Assembly (NCBI GenBank): GCA_905181585.1
Contig: CAJIYG010000003.1
Span: 78,702 to 142,701 of the forward strand
Reading direction: 5' to 3'
Source of the DNA: an uncultured Flavobacteriales bacterium
GTDB taxonomy: Bacteria > Bacteroidota > Bacteroidia > Flavobacteriales > BACL11
DNA: 64,000 nt
A program made the position numbers and the translations under genes. Below, piece by piece: positions 35,829 to 45,830 of the stretch (its first letter is position 1; each line of letters begins with the position of its first letter). The notes under the pieces are model-generated. The model did no database searches and had not been told where the DNA came from. It saw only the letters and a list, made by a program, of their open reading frames with translations.

Positions 35829-36605
35829 ATGGCAATAGTTCAAACAGCTGAAAGAAGTTCACATTTAGATCCCTCTGAAAATGTTATTTTTCAAAGACAT
35901 ATGATTGCTTATTTAGAGGCTTCCAAGCGTATTAGTGGAACTGTGCTTGAAATTGGTTGTGGAGAGGGCTATGGAATAAGAGAGCTTGCAGGTAAATCGT
36001 CTAAGTATATTGCCGTAGATAAATTCCATACTCAAATTGATGAATCTTTAATTAAGAAAAATAATATTGAATTTCATCAAATGGAAATCCCCCCTTTGAA
36101 TAATATTGCTTCTAATTCAATTGATTTTGTTGTTACATTTCAGGTAATTGAACACATTGTGAATGATGTTTTTTTTCTCAAAGAAATTCATAGAGTTTTA
36201 AAAGATGGAGGTCAGTTACTTTTAACTACTCCTAATAAATTAATGTCTTTATCAAGAAACCCTTGGCATATACGTGAGTATAATCCAAATGAGATGCATA
36301 AAATATTGGAAACAAGTTTTAATATGATAAAAATAAATGGTGTTTATGGAAGTGATAAGGTTATGCAGTATTATAATAAAAATAAGGAGTCTGTAAAAAG
36401 AATTACAAGATTTGATATTTTAGATTTACAATATAAACTACCTCGATGGATATTGCAGATTCCTTATGACTTTTTAAATAGATTAAATAGAAGAAAATTA
36501 AAAACAAATAATAATGATCTTGTAAGTACAGTAGATGTTAATGATTATTCTATTACAGATTCCGTTGATGATTGTTTAGATTATTTTTGTATAGCTACCA
36601 AGTAG
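35829..36605 (+). CDS. class I SAM-dependent methyltransferase
   Basis: 258 aa with the SAM motif I VLEIGCGEGYG and post-I/II motifs (..IDFVVTFQVIEH.., ..LKDGGQLLLTTPN). Confidence 0.75.
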   Translation: MAIVQTAERSSHLDPSENVIFQRHMIAYLEASKRISGTVLEIGCGEGYGIRELAGKSSKYIAVDKFHTQIDESLIKKNNIEFHQMEIPPLNNIASNSIDFVVTFQVIEHIVNDVFFLKEIHRVLKDGGQLLLTTPNKLMSLSRNPWHIREYNPNEMHKILETSFNMIKINGVYGSDKVMQYYNKNKESVKRITRFDILDLQYKLPRWILQIPYDFLNRLNRRKLKTNNNDLVSTVDVNDYSITDSVDDCLDYFCIATK

Positions 36606-37200
36606 TTGAAAATTTATACCCCATTTCTTTAAGTTCAACTAATATTGCTTCTAATGACTCTTTTAGATTAAGATAACTTTTAGAATTATTATGTAAAACA
36701 ATAATTGATCCTTTTTGGACATTGCTTAATATGTTTTTTTTAATTTTTTTAGATTTGTTGGCTTTAAAATCCCAGCCAAAAACATCCCACATTACTATTT
36801 TATATTTTTTTCTTAAATACATCATTTGGCGCAAAGTTATCCTTCCATAAGGAGGTCTAAAAATTTTAGATTTATTTTCTATTGTATTTTTTTCTATATC
36901 ATTATAATAATCTGTATTATTTGTAATAAATCCATCTTTATGAGAGTAGCTGTGGTTGCCCACTATGTGTCCGTTATCAAGTATTTTGCTGGTTAATTGA
37001 GGTGATTTTTCAGCATCTTTGCCAACAAGAAAGAAGGTTGCTTGAATTCCTAGCTTTTCAAGTATTGATAGAATTAGTGGAGTTGTTTTTAAGCAGGGGC
37101 CATCATCAAATGTTAGCCACAGCTTTTTCTCATCAGTGTTGTGTCTCCAAATAATACTTGGAAATAATCTAAAAAATATTTTAGGTGTTTTTACAAACAA
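36595..37200 (-). CDS. polysaccharide deacetylase (NodB homology) family protein
   Basis: 201 aa with LTFDDGP, ..ATFFLVG.., ..GHIVGNHSYSH.. and ..FRPPYG.., the NodB motifs. Confidence 0.8.
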   Translation of the reverse strand: MFVKTPKIFFRLFPSIIWRHNTDEKKLWLTFDDGPCLKTTPLILSILEKLGIQATFFLVGKDAEKSPQLTSKILDNGHIVGNHSYSHKDGFITNNTDYYNDIEKNTIENKSKIFRPPYGRITLRQMMYLRKKYKIVMWDVFGWDFKANKSKKIKKNILSNVQKGSIIVLHNNSKSYLNLKESLEAILVELKEMGYKFSTTW

Positions 37201-37206
37201 ATTTTT

Positions 37207-40200
37207 TTATTGAAGAGAATAAAATTCATCCATAAATGTATTTATCCTATAATTTTCATAACTAATTTCTTCATCTTCACCATTTTTGCTTTTATAATAT
37301 TTTTCATTATCACTAAAATATTCGAAATCGGTATTTTCTAGCTGATGAATCTGTATGACTCTTGATAGACTACCTAAAACTTGACCGCAAATGTTTAAGT
37401 TTTGTTTTAATCCGCTACCAGAACTAAAATTAGTTAGATAATTATACTCTACTAAATAATCATCTAGCATAAGACTTAATAGGTTGTCAGCTTTTTTATT
37501 TTCTCCTAACTTGTAGTATAAGTCTATTATTGGAATAGCAAAGTAACTTAGATTAACAACCTCTCTTGGGAATTCAAAAACACATTTATCTAAAACAGCT
37601 ATTGCTTCATCATTTTTTTGCTCTTGTAGAAGTTTTTCAGCTAGTCTAGCGTAGTTGTTTCGATAATTCATAATCATTCTTGTGTTGGTCTCATCAAAAT
37701 AAATGTCTTTATTATTTAAACCTCCCCAAGAAAATTTATTAATAACATTATCATACATGATTTCTGAAGCAACAGCTCCTGTTTGGCCATCTGTATTTTT
37801 TGTTAAATAAGGGACTAATCTATACGCCAATCCTTCAAGTTGAAAGTATTTTTCTAATCCCATAAAATTATCTTTCCCAACTGTTATGGCAAAATAAATT
37901 GGTCTATCCCAGTTGAAATTTGCTAAGATGTCTAAGACCATTAACTTATTTTTATAAATTCCGTTTCCTTTAATTTGCCATTTGATTTCATCAACTATTT
38001 CACTGTGTAATGATTCAGGAACAAATAATTTAGCCTTTTCTTTATCTACACTAAGTTTTAATTTTCTAGTTGGACAGTAGTTCTTTAGGCCAGCAGAAGT
38101 ATTGATTTTAGCTTTTGATTTTTTACTATTTATAAATTTAACAACTTGATTTACATCCTTAAATTCTTTGAACTTTTCTTGAATTGGAGTATAGTCTCTT
38201 GTTCCAGCTCTGTAGTCTTCATTTTCTAGAGATGAAGGAATTGGCGCTGCATCATAAGAGGCTCTTTTCATTTGGTCAATATACCAAGGGGTATTAAATA
38301 AAGACAGGTTAACTACTTTAATATCTGTTCGAATTCCCTCAACTTCTTGAGCATACCATAGTGGAAATGTGTCATTATCCCCATTTGTAAAAAGAATAGA
38401 GTTTTTAGCACATGAATTTAGATAGTTTTTTGCTACTTCTAAAGCTGTATATCTATTTGATCTGTCATGATCATCCCAGTTTTCGCTAGCCATAAGGGCA
38501 GGGGCCATGAAAAAAGCAAGACATGTGGCAATTGCTAAACTAGCTTTAGTATTCATTTTTTGTTTTAGAAAGTCATGAATTGCCAATAAGCCCAGACCAA
38601 TCCAAATTGAAAAAGCATAAAAAGAACCAACATATGCATAGTCTCTTTCTCTTGGCTGAAAAGGAACTACATTTAAGTAAATAATAATAAGTACTCCGGT
38701 AAATAAGAAAAAAAGTAGTACAACTAAGGCATCTTGATTGTTTTTCTTAAAATGAAATAGAAGCCCCAATAGCCCTAAAATTAGTGGAAGAAAATAATAG
38801 TGATTTTTAGCTTTATTATTTTTAAGATGCTCAGGTGCATCTACCTCACTTGGGGTACCTAATCTTGCATTATCAATAAAGCCAATTCCACTTTCCCAAT
38901 TTCCATTTAAGGAATTGCCATCCATATTCATGTAGTCATTTTGCCTACCTGCAAAATTCCACATAAAATATCTAAGATAAGACCATCCAATCTGATATCT
39001 GAAAAAGTATTTTAGATTCTGGCTAAAAGTGGGTGTTTTATCTTTCTTTGAAAGTCCTGCCCAACTTTTATATCCTGCAGCATGTCTTGATTGAGTGTTG
39101 CTCCACATTCTAGGAAAAAATGTTTTATCCTGACTTCTGTAATTTGGTAGAGATTTCTTTCTATTGTCAATAATAATATATTTATTCTTTTTTTCATCCT
39201 TAGCATAAACAGGGTTGCCATCAAGATAAGGTTTTTTACTGTCGAGTTTTGCATTAAAATATTGTCCATAAACAATTGGCCAACTACCGTATTGTTCTCG
39301 TTTTAAGTATGATAATAAGTCCTACAGCATCTTCTGGATTATTTTCGTCGATAGGTGGATTAGCATTTGATCGAACAACAAGAACAGCAAATGATGAGTA
39401 TCCAATTAACAGCATCATAAAACTTAAAATTATAGTGTTAAGTATCGGTTTATTATTCTTTGAAGAATAGATTAGTCCAAATGCTATTAGGCTAATTAAT
39501 ACAACAAAATAAATTATTGCGCCATAATTAAAAGGTAAGCCAACTGTATTTGTAAAGAAAATTTCAAACTTTGAAATTAAACTTACTGCTCCAGGGATTA
39601 TTATACCTTGAACAAGTCCCAAAATAAGCATAGAGGCAACAAATGCTTTAATTGCTCCAAATTTACTGTAAGTGTATTTTTTATTATAATAAATCATTCC
39701 CATTGCTGGAATAGTTAAAAGACTCAATAAATGGACACCAATTGATAAACCAATTAAGTAAGCAATAAGAACTAACCATCTAGTAGCTTTTTCTTCTGAT
39801 TCTTCTTCCCATTTTAAAATGCACCAAAATGTAATTGCTGTGAAAAAAGAAGACATTGCGTAAACTTCTCCTTCAACAGCTGAAAACCAGAAAGAATCAG
39901 AAAAAGTGTATGCAAGTGCTCCAATAAATCCACTTGCTAGAATAGCATATTTGTTAGAAGATAATGAATCTTTATCATTTGCAAAAATTCTTTTTGCAAA
40001 TGATGTAATTGTCCAAAAAAGAAATAAAATTGTGAATGAGCTACATAGCGCAGATAGGATGTTTATAGCTACAGCTACTTGACTGGTTGCGGGCTCAGCA
40101 AAAAGAGAAAAAATTCTTCCAAGTAATTGAAATAATGGAGCTCCAGGGGGATGTCCTACTTCAAGTTTATAAGCAGTTGCAATATATTCGCCGCAATCCC

Positions 40201-40300
40201 AAAAGCTTACAGTTGGCTCAATAGTAGATAAATAAACAAACGATGCAATTGAAAATACGAGCCATCCTATAATATTATTGAGTTTTTTAAATGTATTCAT
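37207..40300 (-). pseudogene. DUF2723-family (GT-C-like, TMEM260/PMT-related) membrane glycosyltransferase of about 1031 aa, one frameshift near 39318-39324
   Basis: The N-terminal ORF (39284-40300) reads ..YLSTIEPTVSFWDCGEYIATAYKLEVGHPPGAPLF.., typical of DUF2723. After ..NNPEDAVG the sequence continues in another frame as LLSYLKREQYGSWPIVYGQYFNAKLD...FFPRMWSNTQSRH.., directly into ORF 37207-39108. Confidence 0.75.
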
Positions 40301-40421
40301 ACTTTTTAATTCTTAATTAGATTTTAGATGCGAATTTAATAAATATATATGTTAATTCATCAAGCAATTGTTCTTCTAGACTAAATTCTGTAAAAATATT
40401 TTGTAGTAAATACAATATTGC

Positions 40422-40429
40422 TATTTTTG
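40422..40429 (+). promoter_or_regulatory. -7 promoter box TATTTTTG (with TTTG at 40400-40403 as a possible -33) upstream of tRNA-Gln
   Basis: Matches TAnnTTTG, 16 nt before the tRNA 5' end. A TTTG lies 18 nt upstream of the box. Confidence 0.5.
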
Positions 40430-40445
40430 CCAACCAAAGTTTTAA

Positions 40446-40518
40446 TGCCCGATGGTGTAACTGGCAACACGTCTGTTTTTGGTGCAGAAGAGTCTAGGTT
40501 CGATCCCTAGTCGGGCAA
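40446..40518 (+). tRNA. tRNA-Gln (anticodon TTG)
   Basis: TGCCCGATGGTGTAACTGGCAACACGTCTGTTTTTGGTGCAGAAGAGTCTAGGTTCGATCCCTAGTCGGGCAA has a U1:A72 acceptor pair, as is usual for tRNA-Gln. The anticodon loop is TTTTGGT. Confidence 0.85.
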
Positions 40519-40530
40519 CAATTGCTGATA

Positions 40531-40569
40531 AATAATCCAATGTGTATAAACATGTTGGATTATTTTTTT
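40531..40569 (+). terminator. rho-independent terminator after tRNA-Gln
   Basis: aataatccaatgtg-tataaa-catgttggattatt forms a stem followed by a T7 run. Confidence 0.55.
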
Positions 40570-40624
40570 ACATTTTTTTAACCATCTTTCTCTTTTTTTC
40601 TTTTGAGAAATCATCAATTTTATC

Positions 40625-40632
40625 TAGATTTG
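40625..40632 (+). promoter_or_regulatory. -7 promoter box TAGATTTG upstream of the large repeat protein
   Basis: Matches TAnnTTTG, 45 nt upstream of the ATG at 40678. Confidence 0.4.
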
Positions 40633-40764
40633 TGAACTTGTATTAAATTTTAAATACAATTTATTAAAAATATATATATGAATAAATTAATTACTCTATT
40701 TTCAAAAAGGTCATTTTCCTTTTTAATTTCTGCACTTTTTACTCTTTCAGTAAGTGCTCAAAGT

Positions 40765-42813
40765 TTTTCTCCAACTGTAAATGTTACTCTCTCTAATAAT
40801 GACTGTGGACTTACTGCTGATTTGTCGATACATGTAGATCAAGATGCAGGGGAAACTGATATAGACGCATCTATTTTTACTTCTGATGATGGTACGTTTA
40901 ATTTATCAACTCTTGTTACAGGAGATACTGTTGGAATAGCTGCTATGAATTTTAATAGCGGTATCTCTGTATCCACTGATTTAATTGTTGGAGCTACTTC
41001 TAATATTTCAACTGTTATTTTATCTATTGATGCAAGTGACGGTAGTACATTAGGGTCATTTACAATGTCAAATTCTTCGAACGGAGGGGTTCTAATAACC
41101 GCTACAAGTCCTGGGGACGGAAATACTACAACTGGAGGATATACTTCTACTGCTACATTTCATAATTTATTTGATAATCCTAATAATGGAGTTTTAAATT
41201 TTTATTCAATAATCAATTCAGAGCTAGGGCAAAGTGATTCTCAATCATTTATGTTTTATTTGTCTTGTTTAGACTTTTCTCCTACTGTCAACGTCTCTCT
41301 ATCAAATCTTTTATGTGATAGTTTATCAGATCTTACAATAAGTGTTGCTCAAGATGCCGGTGAGGCTGATATTGCAAGCGCTATTTTTAGCTCTGATGGT
41401 GGTCAATTTACAATTTCATCAATGAACGTTGGAGATGTTATTGGCTCAGCAGTAATGGCAGCTGGTTCTAATTCATATAATACAGACTTGGTTGTGGCTA
41501 CTGTTGTTTCTTCGAATCAAGCAATAATTTCTGCTGTTGATAATAACACTGGTTTATCTTTAGGAACTTTTGATATTCAGAACACTCTTTCTGGAATTAG
41601 TGTAACAGCAACTTCTCCGGCAGATGGTAATTCTACAACAAGTGGTAATTCTTCTACGGCAATTTTTAATAATGTTTTTCAAAACCCTAACAATGGCGCA
41701 TTAACTTTTAATGCTACCTCAACATCTGAACTTGGAAGTGTTTCTTCTGAAACTTTAGTATTTATGATGTCTTGTGTTGAATTTTCTCCTACAGTAAGTG
41801 TTTCACTTTCTAATCAATTGTGTGATAGTTTATCAGATCTTTCTATTAATGTATCTCAAGATGCTAATGAAGTTGATATGGATACAGCATTATTTATTTC
41901 AGACGCAGGATCATTTACTCTAAATTCATTAAATATTGCAGATATGGTTGGTTCTGCTTCAATGACTTATGGTGGTAATATAACTCTTACAGCAGATCTA
42001 TATGTAAGTGCATTATCTTCATTTACTAATAATATTCCTGCTCAAGCTTTTATTGAGGCTATAGATATTTCTTCAGGAATGACTTTAGGTTCTTTTTTAA
42101 TTGAAAATTTATCTACAGGAGGTATTAGCATTGTTGCTACTAGTCCAGCAGATGGAAATACTTTAACTAGTGGAAATTCATCGTCCGTAACTTTTAATAA
42201 TATTTTTCAAAACCCATCAAACCAATTAAACTTCACTTCATCAATCACTTCTGAATTAGGAGATATTGATACACAACTATTTAGTTTTAATATGAATTGT
42301 GTGACTTTTTCCCCTACTGGTTTTATTGCTCTCTTAACATTAGATTGTGATAGTTTAAATGACTTAACTATTAATGTTAGCCAAGATCCTTATGAAGTTG
42401 ATATGGATACTGCTCTTTTGGTTTCTGATGGTGGATCTTTTACACTTTCCAGCATGAGTGTTGGTGATACAATTGGTTCAGCTTCACTTTCAGCTGGACC
42501 CAATGCTTTTACAACAGATTTACTAGTAAGTTCAGTTATTTCTTCATCTCAAGTTGTTGTTGAATCAATAGATGTGAATTCGGGATTTCTTTTAGGAACC
42601 TTTTTAATATCTAATAATTTAAGCGGTGGAATTTCTATTATTGCAACAAGTCCAGCAGATGGAAATAATATAACATTAACAGGCAATACATCCTCTATAA
42701 CTTTTAATAATGTTTTTCTTAATCCAAATGCAAGTACTTTAAACTTTGTATCTACTATTACTTCTGAATTAGGCGATGTAGATATTCAAAACTTTAGTTT
42801 TGTAATAGTTTGT
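40765..42813 (+). repeat. four tandem divergent coding modules (170, 169, 175 and 169 aa) starting at 40765, 41275, 41782 and 42307
   Basis: Each module starts FSPT(V/G)..(S/A)L(S/L).. .CD(S)L.DL.I.V.QD..E.D(I/M)..A.F.SD.G.F, contains ATSP.DGN..T.G and SELG, and ends in a Cys (SCLD, SCVE, NCVT, VCQC). Confidence 0.8.
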
Positions 42814-43988
42814 CAATGTATTACTCAGTATACTGATGTTATTATCACAGCCTGTGATAATTTCACTTGGGACGGAGTTGTTTATGATTCCACAGGCCTA
42901 TATACTAACACTTATACTGATATATTAGGATGTGATAGTATTGTAACTTTAAATTTAACAATAAACAATAGCTCAGCTGGTTCAGTTGACATTACAGCAT
43001 GTGATGATTTTACATGGGATGGAGTTGTTTACGATTCTACAGGATCTATATACTAATATTATACTGATGTAAATGGATGTGATAGTTTAATGACTTTAAA
43101 TTTAACAATAAATAATAGTTCTGCTGGTTCAGTAGACATTACAGCATGTGATGATTTCACATGGGATGGAGTTGTTTATGATTCTACAGGATCATATACT
43201 AATATGTATACTGATGTAAATGGTTGTGATAGTTCAATGACTTTAAACTTAACAATAAACAATAGCTCAGCTGGATCAGTAGACATTACAGCATGTGATG
43301 ATTTCACATGGGATGGAGTTGTTTATGATTCTACAGGATCATATACTAATATGTATACTGATGTAAATGGTTGTGATAGTTCAATGACTTTAAACTTAAC
43401 AATAATAATAGTTCAGCTGGTTCAGTAGATATTACAGCATGTGATGATTTCACATGGGATGGAGTTGTTTATGATTCTACAGGATCATATACTAATATAT
43501 ATACTGATGTAAATGGCTGTGATAGTTCAATGACTTTAAATTTAACAATAAACAATAGTTCAGCTGGTTCAGTTGATATTACAGCATGTGATGATTTTAC
43601 ATGGGATGGAGTTGTTTATGATTCTACAGGATCATATACTAATACATATTTAGGTGCAAATGGTTGTGATAGTTTAATGACTTTAAACTTAACAATAAAT
43701 AATAGCTCTGCTGGTTCAGTAGACATTACAGCATGTGATGATTTTACATGGGATGGAGTTGTTTATGATTCAACAGGATCATATACTAATATGTATACTG
43801 ATGTAAATGGTTGTGATAGTTCAATGACTTTAAACTTAACAATAAACAATAGCTCTGCTGGTTCAGTAGATATTACAGCATGTGATGATTTCACATGGGA
43901 TGGAGTTGTTTATGATTCTACAGGATCATATACAAATATGTATACTGATGTAAATGGTTGTGACAGTTCAATGACTCTAAATCTAACG
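42814..43988 (+). repeat. tandem array of 8 units of 147 bp (49 aa); units 2-8 are near-identical
   Basis: Unit boundaries fall at 42814, 42961, 43108, 43255, 43402, 43548, 43695 and 43842. The consensus is INNSSAGSVDITACDDFTWDGVVYDSTGSYTNMYTDVNGCDSSMTLNLT. Unit 5 is 146 bp because one A is missing. Confidence 0.9.
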
Positions 43989-44497
43989 ATAAATGAAGGA
44001 CCTGTTGTTGAAATAATTTATAATTCTTCTTTAGGAACTCTTACTGCTAATAATATTACAGGAAGCACACCTCCTTATAGTTGGCTTTGGAATACTGGTG
44101 AATCAACACAATCAATTTCTGCTGACACATCTGTTTTATCTTACTGGTGTGTAGTTACTGATTCTTTAGGATGTATTTCTGATACTGCATACTTTTTAAT
44201 TCCAACAGGAGTTGATGAAATCTCTGCTTCTAAATTATTAATTTATCCAAATCCGGTTGTAGACGTTTTAAATATTGAGTTTGAATTTAGAAATAATCAA
44301 AAAGTTGAATTAAAGATTGTAAATATTTTAGGCGAGGTTATGTATTCTGAAAAAGTTAATCAATCAGAATTATCATATTCAAATAAATTTGATTTTTCAA
44401 AATTCTCTAAAGGATTATATTTTATAAAACTTAAGCTAGACAAAAATATTATAACTCAAAAGGTTATTCTTCAGTAAATCTATTAAATTATATAAAT

Positions 44498-44527
44498 AAA
44501 AAAACCCGTTTTATACGGGTTTTTTTA
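44498..44527 (+). terminator. rho-independent terminator after the repeat protein
   Basis: An A-run, then acccgt-tttat-acgggt, then a T7 run. Confidence 0.7.
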
Positions 44528-44582
44528 TGCCTTATTTATATTAAACATAATATATTTACATACTAATTAAAAAATTGATAAT

Positions 44583-45725
44583 ATGAAAAAGATAATTTAT
44601 ATATTATTAGCTGCTAGTTTTTTTTCTAGCTGTAGTAATAATTTGGATGAACAGAAGGTAAGTGAATTTATTATAACACATTTTGCTGAAAAAATTGGTG
44701 GAGAAGAAGCTATTGATAAACTTAAGGAAGATGCCGGAGATTCAATTATTATGTATAATCTTTCTAATGGATGGATCGGTAGACCAGAATGGGTAAATGA
44801 TAATAGTAAAATTAAAGCTGAATGGTTTTATGAGGATTCGCTTATAGCTGAAGTAAAGAATATTGAAGTTTTTGGTAACGTTGCTAGCGTTTATGGCAAT
44901 GTTAGTGCCTATATTGGAGGTATAAAAGTTCAAAGATCAGGTTTTCATTCAATTGTTGGAAAGCAAATGGGGAAGCTAGTATTTAAAAGACATTCATGGG
45001 TTAATTGGAATATTAATAGATCGGCAAATTCTTTTGTGTGGCCATCAACTGAAGTTGAAGGAGCTTTAGCTATGTACAATAGTATGAGATATGCAATGGC
45101 TAATCTTAGAAATAATGATGCATTAGCTTATTCTGATAGCTTGGTTGCATTAGATTCTACTTTAGCTGTTGCACATGTTGGGAAGATGCACTACCTATTC
45201 TTGAATGGCGAAAGAGATAAGTTATTATCTGTTATTGATGAGATTAAACCAAAATTAGCGACAGCTTCTATAGCTGAAAAGTATTATTTAGAAACCTATG
45301 CTCCGGTATCAAATAGAGCTGAAAGACTTGAAAAGTATGAAAAAGCATTATTGTATGCTGCAAATGATCCTTTATTAAGAGGTTGGTATGCTTATTTTTT
45401 AGAAGATTTAGATGCTAGAATCGAAAATACTAAAATAGGTTTAAAAAGATTTCCGGAAAGCAGTCTTTTAAATAATATGATGGCTTACATTATGATTGAT
45501 AAAGGAGACTTAGAAGCTGCTATGAATCATTTGAAAGTATATATAACTGTACACCCAGATGAGCCTAATGCTTATGACTCTATGGGTGACCTACTTCTAA
45601 AAATGGGAAAAGAAGCTGAAGCTAAGGAAATGTTTTTAAAAGCTTATGATATGAGTAGAGAACTTACTACTGGAGTTGAAAATTTCTTTGATACATCAAA
45701 AGAAAAAGCTGATAAATTAAACTAG
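44583..45725 (+). CDS. lipoprotein with C-terminal tetratricopeptide (TPR) repeats
   Basis: 380 aa with a lipobox (FFSSC|SNN). The C-terminal third has TPR-like helices (..AAMNHLKVYITVHPDEPNAYDSMGDLLLKMGKEAEAKEMFLKAYD..). Confidence 0.55.
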   Translation: MKKIIYILLAASFFSSCSNNLDEQKVSEFIITHFAEKIGGEEAIDKLKEDAGDSIIMYNLSNGWIGRPEWVNDNSKIKAEWFYEDSLIAEVKNIEVFGNVASVYGNVSAYIGGIKVQRSGFHSIVGKQMGKLVFKRHSWVNWNINRSANSFVWPSTEVEGALAMYNSMRYAMANLRNNDALAYSDSLVALDSTLAVAHVGKMHYLFLNGERDKLLSVIDEIKPKLATASIAEKYYLETYAPVSNRAERLEKYEKALLYAANDPLLRGWYAYFLEDLDARIENTKIGLKRFPESSLLNNMMAYIMIDKGDLEAAMNHLKVYITVHPDEPNAYDSMGDLLLKMGKEAEAKEMFLKAYDMSRELTTGVENFFDTSKEKADKLN

Positions 45726-45769
45726 AACTATAGCAGATGTAATTATTTGCTCTATTAGCAAAAAGATTA

Positions 45770-45777
45770 TATATTTG
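45770..45777 (+). promoter_or_regulatory. -7 promoter box TATATTTG upstream of rimP-nusA-infB
   Basis: Matches TAnnTTTG, 53 nt upstream of the rimP ATG. Confidence 0.4.
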
Positions 45778-45796
45778 CATTGTATTAAAAATTTGG

Positions 45797-45819
45797 AGAA
45801 GGGGCATCAAGCCCCTTCT
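45797..45819 (+). promoter_or_regulatory. GC-rich hairpin in the rimP leader (or terminator of the upstream gene)
   Basis: agaaggggc-atcaa-gccccttct forms a 9-bp stem. This is exceptional for such AT-rich DNA. It ends 11 nt before the rimP ATG and is followed by only a short T tract. Confidence 0.4.
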
Positions 45820-45830
45820 TTAATATAAAT

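Larger units (their letters stand above)
40678..44477 (+). pseudogene. large repetitive T9SS-secreted surface protein (about 1266 aa; type A C-terminal sorting domain), disrupted at 43047-43059 and near 43406
   Basis: Signal peptide (..FTLSVSA|QS), then 4 modules of about 170 aa, 8 repeats of 49 aa, a short Cys-containing linker domain and a C-terminal KLLIYPNPVVDVLNIEF...GLYFIKLKLDKNIITQKVILQ (Por secretion tail). ORFs 40678-43056, 43090-43428 and 43530-44477 are pieces of one reading frame broken by local indels. Confidence 0.8.

Noticed and set aside
39012-39470. ORFs 39012-39275 (-) and 39276-39470 (+) in the apparent gap between the two DUF2723 fragments
   Set aside because: The DUF2723 reading frame continues through this region after a single frameshift (..AVG/LLSYLKREQYGSWPIVYGQYFNAKLD..FFPRMWSNTQ). 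That leaves no room for independent genes.
28339-40518. tRNA genes (Leu, Cys, CAU, Gln) as possible integration sites for genomic islands, given the surface-protein genes downstream of tRNA-Cys and tRNA-Gln
   Set aside because: There is no integrase gene, and I could see no duplicated tRNA 3'-end fragment (att-type direct repeat) downstream by eye. Each tRNA has its own promoter box, and three have clean terminators. The adjacency therefore looks like ordinary gene order.
42814-43988. Regular 147-bp repeats that could superficially be taken for a CRISPR-like array
   Set aside because: The units are contiguous with no unique spacers. They are far longer than CRISPR repeats and lie in one open reading frame encoding a conserved 49-aa protein repeat. 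No cas genes are nearby.
42814-43988. Diversity-generating retroelement (template/variable repeat pair) as an explanation for the near-identical repeats
   Set aside because: No reverse transcriptase or accessory gene is in the window. The differences between units are mostly synonymous third-position changes, not adenine-specific substitutions concentrated in one copy.
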